From Bacteroidia bacterium (GTDB taxonomy: Bacteria; Bacteroidota; Bacteroidia; SXHM01), in NCBI GenBank assembly GCA_050186075.1, contig JBFWYU010000013.1:6185-70184 (forward strand): 64,000 nucleotides of DNA, in the 5' to 3' direction. The position numbers and the translations under genes are program-made. Positions 28,182 to 38,005 of this stretch are shown here, piece by piece. Numbering within the stretch: position 1 is the first letter of the stretch; every line of letters begins with the position of its first letter. The notes under the pieces are model-generated. The model was not told where the DNA came from. It ran no database searches and was given only the letters and a program-made list of their open reading frames with translations.

Positions 28182-29423
28182 TTATCCCACTATTCTTCTG
28201 TAAACTTCAGAGTACCTTTTTACTCCTTCTTCAAGCGAGTAATATATTTCTGCGGCAGCGCGCAACTTTTCGGGTGGCGTTTGTATTAAAGAATCGACTT
28301 GTGAAATAACCTTGTCGTACTCGGTGTCTTCTAATTTATCAACTAACAAGCCTGATTGTGTGTCTCGGACAATGCGGTCAACATCACCGACACCGGAGTT
28401 GCAGATAACGGGAATTCCCATGCCGAGTATCTCACCATGTTTGGTAGGAGAGGAGCCCTTTTTTGAAAACAAAGGTTGTATGAAAAATAAAGAGAACTTG
28501 CTAAGCAAAATAAAATACGGAACTTCTTTGCGTGATGCTTTGCGGATAATGAATCGGTCTTTAGGGATGTTTAGCTTCTCTGCCCGGTCAAGTATTTCAG
28601 AAGGATTGTCGCCAGTGATGAAGAAGAATTTTGCTTCCGATTTTTTTAGCAGTAATCTTTTAAAGAAGCTTAACATCTCATCGGGCAGATACCATGTTCC
28701 TACTGAACCGAGGTATGAAATCACAAAATCATTTTCTGCAATTCCTAATGCAGTTCTGTATTTTATTAATTCGTTTTGCTGAACGTTGGCTCTTGAAAAA
28801 TGCTGGAGGTCGGCACAGCATGGAATTACTTCCACCGGCATCGGTTGATTTTTCAGGTGTTTCCACGAGTGGATGATTTCTTTTCCGGCTTCGGTGAGGC
28901 TGATGGTGTGGTCGGCATGTTCAAGAAAATCCTGTTCTTTCTTTTTGAAATATAGGTAAACACGATTAAAAACAGGGTTGCTCCTGTTCCATAAGCCACC
29001 ATCTACTCGCTCATCTGCAAAGAAGGCACGCATATCAAAAATGAATTTAATGCCGTATTTCTTTTTCAGAAACTCGCCCACTAATGAAGTAATGTAGCTG
29101 CGGCAATGAACTATTTTAAAGTTCTTCTTTTTGTGAAGTTCTTCTGCTTTCTTCCTTAATTGATAAACATCCCAAAGGGTTGATAATACCGGTGGTTTGG
29201 GAGTATAGGAAAGTGGTTGCCAGTCTATTCCTAATGCTTTTATTTGTTCGCCTAAGGCTTTTCCTGCTGCTTCAAACTTTTCTTTCTTCTCAAAACTGAC
29301 TAAGGTAATAGAATAACCTGCTTTTGTAAGTCCTGCCAGATAAGGCAATACCTGCGATTGTCCGAGTGGGTCGGTCATGCCGTCATAAGAAAGGTATAAG
29401 ACTTGGGTTTTCACAGGCGTCAA
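28182..29423 (-). CDS. Glycosyltransferase family 4
   Basis: GT-B fold with GEILGMGIPVICNSGVGDVDRIV near the C-terminus. Confidence 0.65.
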   Translation of the reverse strand: MTPVKTQVLYLSYDGMTDPLGQSQVLPYLAGLTKAGYSITLVSFEKKEKFEAAGKALGEQIKALGIDWQPLSYTPKPPVLSTLWDVYQLRKKAEELHKKKNFKIVHCRSYITSLVGEFLKKKYGIKFIFDMRAFFADERVDGGLWNRSNPVFNRVYLYFKKKEQDFLEHADHTISLTEAGKEIIHSWKHLKNQPMPVEVIPCCADLQHFSRANVQQNELIKYRTALGIAENDFVISYLGSVGTWYLPDEMLSFFKRLLLKKSEAKFFFITGDNPSEILDRAEKLNIPKDRFIIRKASRKEVPYFILLSKFSLFFIQPLFSKKGSSPTKHGEILGMGIPVICNSGVGDVDRIVRDTQSGLLVDKLEDTEYDKVISQVDSLIQTPPEKLRAAAEIYYSLEEGVKRYSEVYRRIVG

Positions 29424-29479
29424 AATTATTTAAATAATCAGCTGCAGATGCTTTATTTTGCAGTCAAATAGTAAACAAT

Positions 29480-30889
29480 ATGGGAGAAATAAAATTCGGA
29501 ACCGATGGCTGGCGTGCCATAATTGCCAAAGAATTTACAGTTGATAATGTGGCACGTGTGGCACAGGCAACAGCAGCATGGCTTTCGGCAACCAATAAAA
29601 ACAAAGCTGTTGTTGTCGGTCATGACTGCCGCTTTGCAGGCGAACTGTTTGCTGAAACCACTGCAAAGGTGATGGCTTCAAACGGTATAAAAGTGTTTCT
29701 CGTAAAAGGTTTTGTTTCTACTCCAATGGTTTCGCTGGGCGCATTGAAATATAGTGCCGGTGCAGGAGTGATTATTACTGCCAGTCACAATCCGCCTGCA
29801 TACAATGGCTTTAAACTGAAAGGCGGTTATGGAGGTCCTTTGCTGGAAGAAGATGTGGCTGAAGTAGAAAAATATATTCCTGAAAATAATACGATTGATT
29901 TAGATAGTATTAGCCTTGAAACCCTTGTTGCTAAAGGACAACTGGAATATGTTGCTTTGGAAACTTTGTATTGCGAAACATTGGAAAAGAACTTCGACAT
30001 CAGTGCTATTCAAAACTCACAATTCAATTTGGCTTACGATGCTATGTATGGCTCAGGACAAAATGTAATCAAACGCCTTTTGCCTGATATTACCTTGCTG
30101 CATTGCTTAGAAGATCCTTTGTTTGGCGGTATCCCGCCAGAACCTATTCACCGCAATTTGCAGGAGTTTTCTTTGTTGCTGAAACAAACGGGTGACATTC
30201 ATTGCGGGTTGGTAACGGATGGTGATGCAGACCGCATTGGTCTGTATGATGGCGAAGGAAATTTTGTGGATTCGCATCATATTCTGTTGTTGCTTATTCA
30301 TTATTTGTACAAGTATAAAGGCATGAAGGGCAAGGTTTGCACGGGTTTTTCTTCCTCTGTAAAGATTGGAGCACTTTGCAAACATTACGGACTGGAACTG
30401 GAGATTGTGAAAATCGGTTTTAAACATATTTGTGGCATTATGCTGAAAGAAGATGTGTTGGTGGGTGGTGAGGAAAGCGGTGGTATTGCAGTGAAAGGGC
30501 ATATCCCTGAACGCGATGGTATCTGGAACGGAATGTTGATTTTTGAAGCAATGGTTAAAACCGGAAAAACATTGCGTGAACTGATTGACGAGATTTATTC
30601 TATTACGGGCTCGTTTGCTTTTGAGCGTGTTGATTTATCCATTCCAGAAGCATTGAAACAACAAATCATTGCCGATTGTAAAAGCAATAAATATTCGTCA
30701 TTCGGGAAGTATAAAGTGGAGCGTGTGGAAACGCTTGACGGCTTTAAATATTATTTCAATGACAGCGAGTGGCTCATGATTCGTCCTTCGGGAACAGAGC
30801 CTGTGCTGCGCACTTATGCTGAGTCTCACACCAAAGAAGAGGCGCTGGAAATATTGCGTTCGGCAAGAGAAGTGCTCGGTATCAACTGA
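29480..30889 (+). CDS. Phosphohexose mutase (phosphoglucomutase/phosphomannomutase family; GlmM-like)
   Basis: It has GTDGWRA at the N-terminus, the active-site-serine motif TASHNPPAYNG, and the GDADR metal-binding loop. Confidence 0.8.
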   Translation: MGEIKFGTDGWRAIIAKEFTVDNVARVAQATAAWLSATNKNKAVVVGHDCRFAGELFAETTAKVMASNGIKVFLVKGFVSTPMVSLGALKYSAGAGVIITASHNPPAYNGFKLKGGYGGPLLEEDVAEVEKYIPENNTIDLDSISLETLVAKGQLEYVALETLYCETLEKNFDISAIQNSQFNLAYDAMYGSGQNVIKRLLPDITLLHCLEDPLFGGIPPEPIHRNLQEFSLLLKQTGDIHCGLVTDGDADRIGLYDGEGNFVDSHHILLLLIHYLYKYKGMKGKVCTGFSSSVKIGALCKHYGLELEIVKIGFKHICGIMLKEDVLVGGEESGGIAVKGHIPERDGIWNGMLIFEAMVKTGKTLRELIDEIYSITGSFAFERVDLSIPEALKQQIIADCKSNKYSSFGKYKVERVETLDGFKYYFNDSEWLMIRPSGTEPVLRTYAESHTKEEALEILRSAREVLGIN

Positions 30890-31239
30890 GGTTTATTGAT
30901 GAACAAGTGGAACACCATTCCGCCTGCTGAATACGCTACAAAATCAAACAGGTCGGCAGTGTGCTGATTGGATTGCAGTGGAAGAATAAGTTCAAAAACA
31001 ATGGAGCAATAGGCAACCGCTATAATGGTATGCCATTTACTGAAAACATAATTTGCATTATTGAAAACATACTTTCGTTGGATAAATAATGCAGGAGTGA
31101 GTATCACAATCATGCAAAAGAAATCGTCCATGTAGGCATGGATAAACGGAATATTGTATCCTGCCAGTTCAACTAATTTATTGATGCCCGACAAAGTCGC
31201 ACAGGACAGAAACAGCGGGTTAAGCAGTAGTTTTTTCAT
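30826..31239 (-). CDS. Hypothetical small membrane protein (3-4 TM helices)
   Basis: Hydrophobic segments. The 3' end overlaps the convergent mutase gene by ~64 nt, so the true extent is uncertain. Confidence 0.35.
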   Translation of the reverse strand: MKKLLLNPLFLSCATLSGINKLVELAGYNIPFIHAYMDDFFCMIVILTPALFIQRKYVFNNANYVFSKWHTIIAVAYCSIVFELILPLQSNQHTADLFDFVAYSAGGMVFHLFINKPQLIPSTSLAERNISSASSLV

Positions 31240-31523
31240 CCTGCAAGTGTTGTAAAAAGCCAGAGAAAGAAAGATACAGTTGCCATGTAAATAACATTAG
31301 CTATCCAAAAAGTTTTGCGCAGGGCCAGCATCAGAAAATTATCGCCCGGCTTGGGAACAGAAAAAGAGTTTTCGTCATTCAGCTTCTGTTGTTTTTCGAA
31401 ATACTCTAAATCGCTGATGGTTCGCTTGTCCAGCAGGTGACCACAATGTTCGCAGGTGTCGGTAAGCTTATGATGCCATGTAGTCCACTGACCACATTCA
31501 GGACATTTTTTCTGTGTTGCCAT
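31236..31523 (-). CDS. Hypothetical zinc-ribbon (CPxCG...CxxCG) membrane-anchored protein
   Basis: It has KKCPECGQW...CEHCGH and a C-terminal TM helix. I chose the internal Met start; the ORF extends to 31577. Confidence 0.4.
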   Translation of the reverse strand: MATQKKCPECGQWTTWHHKLTDTCEHCGHLLDKRTISDLEYFEKQQKLNDENSFSVPKPGDNFLMLALRKTFWIANVIYMATVSFFLWLFTTLAG

Positions 31524-31620
31524 AGGTTGATAATTTGAGACAAAGCTATACACAAATTGATTTGTTTTTATCGGCAAAACATTTTGTTTTCTTTGTTGTT
31601 ATGTTGCAAAACCAAAACCT

Positions 31621-34005
31621 ATGAAGAGACTTGTTCTTATTGCTTTTCTGTTTTCTGCTCTTTCTGTATTCAGTCAGACCGGTATTATCAAAGGGCGTGT
31701 GTTTAATGCCAAAAACAATGAACCCATTCCCTTTGCAAACATTGTAATTCAAGGAACCGGAACTGTTGTTTTATCGGATATTGACGGGAACTACAGCATT
31801 GAAAACCTGAAGCCTGACTTGTATAACATTGAGGTTTTTATTACCGGGTTTAAGAAAAAGTCTGTTGTTGAGATACAGGTTTTTAACAACAAACCTGCAG
31901 TGATTGACCTTGCTCTGGAAGAAGATGTGAAAACACTGGAAGAAGTAAAGATTACTGTTTCGCCCTTTAAGAAAACAGATGAAAGTCCGCTTTCGCTGCG
32001 CACCATTGGTGTTTCGGAAATAGAGCGCAATCCCGGAGGTAATCGTGATATTTCTAAAGTGATACAGTCCTTGCCGGGTGTGGCTTCGGGTGTGTCGTTC
32101 CGCAATGATATTATTATTCGGGGCGGTGCTCCCAACGAAAACCGTTTTTATTTAGATGGTATAGAAGTGCCCAATATCAATCACTTCGCTACGCAGGGTT
32201 CATCGGGCGGGCCGGTGGGTATGATTAACGTAAATTTTATCCGTGAGGTAGATTTTTACTCCGGTGCTTTTCCGGCTTCGCGCGGAAATACCATGAGTTC
32301 GGTTTTTGAATTCCGCCAGAAAGACCCGCGCACCGACAGGATTGGCGGCAATTTTACCTTGGGTTCTTCTGATTTCGGATTAACGCTGGAAGGACCGATT
32401 TCCAAGAAACAATCATTTATGTTTTCGGCAAGGCGCTCTTATCTGCAGTTTTTGTTCAAAGCACTGGCCCTGCCTTTTCTGCCTACCTACAACGATTTTC
32501 AGTTGAAGTATAAAATTAAAGTGAACGATAAAAACGAAATTAACATCATTGGTCTGGGAGCTATTGATGATTTTGTCCTGAACAAAGAGGCCAACGAAAC
32601 CGAGGAGCAGCGCTATATTCTGGAAATAATTCCGGTAAGTGAGCAATGGAATTATACCATTGGTGCCAGCTGGAAAAACTTCCGTGAGAATGGTTATTCG
32701 CAATTGGTGGTAAGCCGCAACATGCTTAATAATACTGCCACCAAATATAATGGCAATGACGAAAGTGCAGACAGCAACCTGCTGCTGAAATACAACTCTC
32801 AGGAAATTGAAAACAAACTGCGTTTTGAAAACAATTACTTCAAAAATGGTTTTCGTCTTAACTATGGCGCAGGATACGAGTTTGCAAAATATAACAACAG
32901 TACCTACAGCAAATTTTCATTGCCTGACGGAACAACTGCCATCAAGGATTTCAGTTCGGCTCTCAGCTTTCATAAATACGCAGTGTTTGCCCAGCTGAGC
33001 AAAAAATTATTCAGCGAGCGCTTGTCGCTTTCCTTTGGTATCCGGACTGATGGCAACAGCTTTTCCGATGATATGAGCAATCCGTTGAAGCAACTTTCGC
33101 CACGCTTTTCGGCAGCTTATAGTATCAATGAACGCTTCAGCATTAACTTTAATACAGGCAGGTATTACCAGTTGCCGGCTTACACCGTTCTGGGTTTCAG
33201 AAATAATAACAATGAGTTGGTAAACAAAACTAACAACGTTACCTACATCATGTCTGACCATGTGGTGGCGGGTTTTGAATACAACTCAAAGAGCAATGCC
33301 AAAATCACTATTGAAGGTTTTTACAAAACCTACAAAACCTATCCTTTCCTGTTGAAAGATTCCATTTCGCTTGCTAACCTGGGTGCAGATTTCGGGGTGA
33401 TAGGAAACGAAGGCGTTACTTCCACTTCCAACGGAAGAAGCTACGGTATTGAGTTTCTTGCGCAGCAAAAACTGTTCAAAGGATTTTACGGAATTGTTGC
33501 CTACACCTTTGTGCGCAGCGAGTTTGAAAACCGCAGCGGTGATTTAATTCCTTCGGCATGGGACAACCAGCACATTGTTGCCTTAACAGGCGGCAAAAAG
33601 TTTAAGCGTAACTGGGAGATAGGAGTGAAGTGGCGTTTCCTGGGAGGGCCGCCTTACACGCCTTATGATGTGCAGACCACCGCTTTGAAACAAGTGTGGG
33701 ACATCAACAAGCAAGGTGTGTTTGATTACACGCAACTGAATTCGCAGCGTTTGAATTCAGTGCATCAGCTGGATATGCGTGTTGACAAAAAATACTTCTT
33801 TAAAAAATGGGCACTTAATATTTACTTAGATATTCAAAACGCCTATAATTTTAAAGCAAGTCTGCAGCCGCGTATTGATGTGGTGCGCAATGCTGACGGA
33901 ACAATTGCCACCGACCCTAATGACCCGACACGTTACCAGACCAAAGAAATTCCAAATACCACCGGCACACTCATTCCTTCCATAGGAATAATCATTGAAC
34001 TATAA
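31621..34005 (+). CDS. TonB-dependent outer-membrane receptor with an N-terminal carboxypeptidase-regulatory-like domain
   Basis: It has a signal peptide, a CarbopepD_reg segment (GIIKGRVFNAKNNEPIPFANIVIQGTG...DGNYSI), a plug region, and a C-terminal beta-barrel with aromatic-rich strands. Confidence 0.8.
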   Translation: MKRLVLIAFLFSALSVFSQTGIIKGRVFNAKNNEPIPFANIVIQGTGTVVLSDIDGNYSIENLKPDLYNIEVFITGFKKKSVVEIQVFNNKPAVIDLALEEDVKTLEEVKITVSPFKKTDESPLSLRTIGVSEIERNPGGNRDISKVIQSLPGVASGVSFRNDIIIRGGAPNENRFYLDGIEVPNINHFATQGSSGGPVGMINVNFIREVDFYSGAFPASRGNTMSSVFEFRQKDPRTDRIGGNFTLGSSDFGLTLEGPISKKQSFMFSARRSYLQFLFKALALPFLPTYNDFQLKYKIKVNDKNEINIIGLGAIDDFVLNKEANETEEQRYILEIIPVSEQWNYTIGASWKNFRENGYSQLVVSRNMLNNTATKYNGNDESADSNLLLKYNSQEIENKLRFENNYFKNGFRLNYGAGYEFAKYNNSTYSKFSLPDGTTAIKDFSSALSFHKYAVFAQLSKKLFSERLSLSFGIRTDGNSFSDDMSNPLKQLSPRFSAAYSINERFSINFNTGRYYQLPAYTVLGFRNNNNELVNKTNNVTYIMSDHVVAGFEYNSKSNAKITIEGFYKTYKTYPFLLKDSISLANLGADFGVIGNEGVTSTSNGRSYGIEFLAQQKLFKGFYGIVAYTFVRSEFENRSGDLIPSAWDNQHIVALTGGKKFKRNWEIGVKWRFLGGPPYTPYDVQTTALKQVWDINKQGVFDYTQLNSQRLNSVHQLDMRVDKKYFFKKWALNIYLDIQNAYNFKASLQPRIDVVRNADGTIATDPNDPTRYQTKEIPNTTGTLIPSIGIIIEL

Positions 34006-34021
34006 TTTTTAGTTTTGGCTC

Positions 34022-34948
34022 GTGGTAAAAAAATGGAGCCTTGTTTTAGTTCTCTCGTTTGCGCTGGTATTCGCCCATGCGCAGAACGACAGCACGGGAT
34101 TTTTTGTGCCGGCTAAAACACTTAATAAAAAGCGTTTCAACGGGTTGATGATTGGTGCCGGTTCGCTGTATGCCGTTTCTATGGCGGGTTTGTATGTGGC
34201 GTGGTATAAGGATTACCCACTTACGGGCTTCCATTTTTTTAACGATAACGCTGAATGGATGCAGATGGATAAGATGGGACATTTAACTGCCTCTTATCAC
34301 ATAGGAGTTTATTGCACTGACCTGTTTCGCTGGAGCGGACTGGAGCGCAAAAAGGCAATATGGCTGGGCGGGAGCATGGGTTCTGTATTTCTTACAACCA
34401 TTGAAACATTTGATGGCTTCTCGGCTGAATACGGTGCTTCGTGGGGCGACCTGATTGCCAACACCGGAGGCTCTTTGCTGGCAATAGGACAGGAACTCGC
34501 TTGGGACGAGCAGCGTATTATTCTGCGCTATGGTTTTATGGATTCGCCCGGATGGAAATACCGCCCGAATTTGCTTGGCAGTAATTTTGGCGAACGTTTG
34601 TTGAAAGATTACAATAGCTATACCATGTGGCTTTCGTTTAACATTCATTCGTTTTTGCCGGAGACTTCACGGTTTCCGCGCTGGCTGAATGTGGCGTTTG
34701 GGTACGGTGCAAACGGTATGCTGGGCGCGCATTCAAATCCTGCGGAATACAACGGACAGGCCCTGCCCGAGATGGAGCGCTACCGTCAATATTATTTTTC
34801 GTTAGACGTGCAGTTGAGTAAAATCCGCACCCGTTCTAAAGCGTTGAAATTAATTTTCTCGGCTTTTGATGTGGTGAAGTTTCCTTTTCCTGCATTGGAG
34901 TATAACAGGGTGCATGGGTTTGGGGTGCATCCGTTTAATAAGCATTGA
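34022..34948 (+). CDS. DUF2279-family periplasmic/lipoprotein
   Basis: It has a signal peptide and NDNAEWMQMDKMGH, a motif characteristic of DUF2279. Confidence 0.55.
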   Translation: MVKKWSLVLVLSFALVFAHAQNDSTGFFVPAKTLNKKRFNGLMIGAGSLYAVSMAGLYVAWYKDYPLTGFHFFNDNAEWMQMDKMGHLTASYHIGVYCTDLFRWSGLERKKAIWLGGSMGSVFLTTIETFDGFSAEYGASWGDLIANTGGSLLAIGQELAWDEQRIILRYGFMDSPGWKYRPNLLGSNFGERLLKDYNSYTMWLSFNIHSFLPETSRFPRWLNVAFGYGANGMLGAHSNPAEYNGQALPEMERYRQYYFSLDVQLSKIRTRSKALKLIFSAFDVVKFPFPALEYNRVHGFGVHPFNKH

Positions 34949-34973
34949 GTGATAGAACACAGATGAAGAAATA

Positions 34974-35053
34974 GAACGCAGATTATTATGATTGTTAAGA
35001 TAAATTAAGATTTTTATCTGCGCAAACCATAAGAATCATAATAATCTGCGTTC
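34974..35053. other. Nested hairpin: 20-bp perfect inverted repeat gaacgcagattattatgatt/aatcataataatctgcgttc enclosing a second dyad (agataaa...tttatct)
   Basis: The arms are exact reverse complements. The element lies between two co-directional + genes and may be a terminator or attenuator. Confidence 0.6.
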
Positions 35054-35068
35054 CATTAAAAACACAAC

Positions 35069-35656
35069 ATGAAATTCAATACAGGCGACCAGGTAAGTTT
35101 TCTCAATGAACCCGGAGGCGGCACCATCAGCGCTTTCAAGGGCCGCTCCATTGCCATTATACGAATGGATGACGGACTGGAGATACCTTATTCGGTTGAT
35201 CAGCTGGTATCCAAAAGCCGGCAGCACGAGAAGCCCAGAGAAGAGCCGAAGAAGATTGAACTTCCCAAAATTGAGCCCGATGTTTTTCTGAACGAGGTGA
35301 AAAAAATACCCGTTGAAAAAATCATCCGTGAAAAAGAAAAACCGCTGCCAAAAAAAATATCAAAGGCGCGCACCCCCATTGAAGACGAGGTAGACCTGCA
35401 TATTGAAAACCTGCTGCCCTCGCATCGCGGAATGAGTAATGGTGAAATTATTGATGTGCAGTTGCGCCATTTTACCAAGGCATTAGACAATGCTATCCGC
35501 AACAACTATTACAAGATTGTATTTATACACGGTGTTGGCAAGGGCCGCCTGCGCGAGGAGATTATTGCCATTCTTAATACCTACAGCGGCATTACTTACC
35601 GTGCTGCCTCCTATGAAAGATATGGATGGGGCGCTACGGAGGTATTGATAAAATAA
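35069..35656 (+). CDS. Smr-domain protein (N-terminal DUF2027-like region plus C-terminal Smr/MutS2-type nuclease domain)
   Basis: The C-terminus (VDLHIENLLPSHRGMSNGEIIDVQL...IHGVGKGRLREEI) has the Smr domain pattern. Confidence 0.7.
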   Translation: MKFNTGDQVSFLNEPGGGTISAFKGRSIAIIRMDDGLEIPYSVDQLVSKSRQHEKPREEPKKIELPKIEPDVFLNEVKKIPVEKIIREKEKPLPKKISKARTPIEDEVDLHIENLLPSHRGMSNGEIIDVQLRHFTKALDNAIRNNYYKIVFIHGVGKGRLREEIIAILNTYSGITYRAASYERYGWGATEVLIK

Positions 35657-35731
35657 GGCTTGCCTGTTTTATTTTCCGGCTTCCCGCTGATGCTATTAAT
35701 AATACCTTTAGCAAATCTTTAAACTCTTTTT

Positions 35732-36643
35732 ATGAAAACTGTTATTGCTGTTTTGTTGCTATTGGTTTCACCGTTTATGAGTAAGGCACAAACCGGTTCC
35801 GATAAAAGGAGCGACCTTGAGAAGTCGCAATTGCAGGGTGCGGTGGCTTCACTGAAAGAAACCAAATACAGCGTACGCATGCAAAACGGGAAAGCGGTGA
35901 AAGATACCGTTGCCGAACCTGCTAAGTCGTATCGTTACAACGCGGCAGGATTTATAACCGAAGAAATTTATTACGAACTGAACGACAGCATTTCGGAGAA
36001 ATGGACTTTTAGTTTTGATGCCGCCAACAAACAGCTGGATGGCAATCGCTACCTGGCCGATGGCTACCTGATATGGAACTACACCTGTGCCTACGATGCA
36101 GCGGGCAACTGCACCGAGGTGAGCAAATACGAAGAAGGTTATCTGGTTGAGGTTTCTGCTTTTGCTTACGACAGCAGGGGCAACTGCATTGCCATAACTT
36201 CTGAATCGGAGGGCATGTGGAAAGACAGCATGCGCTATGATGAGCGCAACAATGAGATTGAAAGCCTGACCATAAACCCCGAAGGCGAAACGGTGATGCA
36301 TAAAAAAAAGACCTACGACAGCAATAACAATCTTACCGAGGCAACGGACTATGACGAAACGGGTGAGGTTTCATTTAAGCAGACCTTTGGTTACGATAAA
36401 AACAACCGCGAAACCGAAAGCACTTACCGGACAGCGCAGGGCGCTGTGATGGAGCGTGTTTCGCGCAGCTACGATAACAGGGGCAATGTGATAAGCTACA
36501 CTTCTTACAAAGATAACGGTGATGCCAAATGGACCATGACCTATACCTACGAGTATGACAAGAACCGCAACTGGACTAAGAAAACCGACTTTGCTGACGG
36601 CAAGCCTGTTTATATTACCGAGCGTAAGATTACCTATTACTAA
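35732..36643 (+). CDS. Small secreted/lipoprotein built of YD-repeat-like units
   Basis: It has a signal peptide and at least seven YD-type repeats (YDSRGN, YDERNNEIE, YDSNNNLTEATDYDETGEV, YDKNNRETE, YDNRGNVISYTSYKDNGD, YEYDKNRNW). It is far shorter than Rhs/teneurin proteins. Confidence 0.55.
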   Translation: MKTVIAVLLLLVSPFMSKAQTGSDKRSDLEKSQLQGAVASLKETKYSVRMQNGKAVKDTVAEPAKSYRYNAAGFITEEIYYELNDSISEKWTFSFDAANKQLDGNRYLADGYLIWNYTCAYDAAGNCTEVSKYEEGYLVEVSAFAYDSRGNCIAITSESEGMWKDSMRYDERNNEIESLTINPEGETVMHKKKTYDSNNNLTEATDYDETGEVSFKQTFGYDKNNRETESTYRTAQGAVMERVSRSYDNRGNVISYTSYKDNGDAKWTMTYTYEYDKNRNWTKKTDFADGKPVYITERKITYY

Positions 36644-36698
36644 AAAGCGCGAAGCAAAGCTTAGCGCCTGCCTGCCCACTAACCAAAACTATAACAAC

Positions 36699-37163
36699 AT
36701 GAATGTAATTTATAATGCAGCTGGCAAACTTGTAATGCTTGCTATGATTTTTTTAGCGGGAGCCTGTGCAACCGGTGAACAAAATACGGCTGCAGACGAT
36801 GATGAGCAAACCGATGTATCCGATACCGAAGAAGAACTGAATGAGGATTTGCCCGAACTGATTGGCACAAGCTGGAGCCTGCTTTGCATCTATGAAAACG
36901 GAACCGAGCCAAAATACCTGCACAACTTTCCCGAATACCTTTTCTGCAAAAACGGACGGTGGGAATTACACTCGCTTACTACTTCGGCAGGGCAGATGGG
37001 GACTTATACCGTTGACGGCAATCAGCTTACTACCGTTCACGATGGAACGGATAAGCTGACAGGCAATTATATCATTACCTGGAACGAAGAAGGACAATAC
37101 CTGGAACTGAATGACGGAAAGCAGACCTTTCGCCTGCGTTACCGCACTGAGGCTCACTGCTAA
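36699..37163 (+). CDS. Hypothetical lipoprotein (acidic linker plus small beta-rich domain)
   Basis: The lipobox is LAGAC. A D/E-rich linker follows. I chose the internal Met start, because the ORF track's start overlaps the upstream gene. Confidence 0.5.
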   Translation: MNVIYNAAGKLVMLAMIFLAGACATGEQNTAADDDEQTDVSDTEEELNEDLPELIGTSWSLLCIYENGTEPKYLHNFPEYLFCKNGRWELHSLTTSAGQMGTYTVDGNQLTTVHDGTDKLTGNYIITWNEEGQYLELNDGKQTFRLRYRTEAHC

Positions 37164-37209
37164 GGCAGCAGGCTATGTACTGTGTACAATATTTAAATTG
37201 AACAGGTGT

Positions 37210-37878
37210 TCAGGATTCGAAAATAAGTGAATCGGTTTTTGCGCCCAGATCTTTAAGATTGGTTACAATGTTATTGACAAAATCTGCGGGGCCGCACACA
37301 TAAAAGTTCTGATTAAAATCTGCGATGGTATCAATAAGAAAATTGCGGTCTATTCTGCGCTCAATAAAGCCGATGTTGTTTTCGCGGGTAAGGATGTTCA
37401 GGTAGTTATCGCGCAGCATTTTGGTGAGTTCGTCAAAGAGAATAATGTCGTCTGATGTTTTGTTGGAGAAAATGAGCTTATTGCCTTTGATGGCTTTTTT
37501 GTTGTAGAGGTCGCGGAAAATAGCAATGAAGGGAGTTATGCCCGAACCACCGGCAAAAAAGATACCCGGCCCTTTATACTGTATAGCGCCAATAACATCG
37601 TGCAGTATTAATTCGCCACCGGCATTAACAGCGCCCAGGGCATTCGTTACACCTTTGTTTTTTGGATATATTTTTATCATAAACTCCAGGTAATCCATTT
37701 CGGGACGGCTGGTAAAGGTAAAGGGGCGCAACTGGTTTTTCCATTGTTCGGTATTGATGGAAAGCTCGGTGCCCTGACCGGGAATAAAGGTGTAGCCAGG
37801 TGGTTTTTCTACTACAAAGCGTTTTATATCGTGGTTAATAAAATTGGTTTCTAAAACTTTTACCACTACTGCGCCCAT
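37210..37878 (-). CDS. FAD/NAD(P)-binding oxidoreductase (ferredoxin-NADP reductase-like)
   Basis: RPFTFTS is an RxYS-type FAD-binding motif, and GIFFAGGSGITP is the NAD(P)-binding motif. Confidence 0.75.
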   Translation of the reverse strand: MGAVVVKVLETNFINHDIKRFVVEKPPGYTFIPGQGTELSINTEQWKNQLRPFTFTSRPEMDYLEFMIKIYPKNKGVTNALGAVNAGGELILHDVIGAIQYKGPGIFFAGGSGITPFIAIFRDLYNKKAIKGNKLIFSNKTSDDIILFDELTKMLRDNYLNILTRENNIGFIERRIDRNFLIDTIADFNQNFYVCGPADFVNNIVTNLKDLGAKTDSLIFES

Positions 37879-38005
37879 ACACTGAATTGTTTTTTAATAA
37901 GGTGTTGCAAATTTAGGTTTCTGTATGCGCTTTGCAAATTATCATTTGCAGTGCAACGGTGAATGGGCTTCAGACACATTCAAGCACGCAGAAGTATTGT
38001 TGCAG

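Noticed and set aside
36555-36698. Upstream extension of the lipoprotein ORF that overlaps the YD-repeat gene
   Set aside because: The extension overlaps the preceding gene by ~90 nt in another frame. The internal Met followed by a lipobox (LAGAC) is the credible start.
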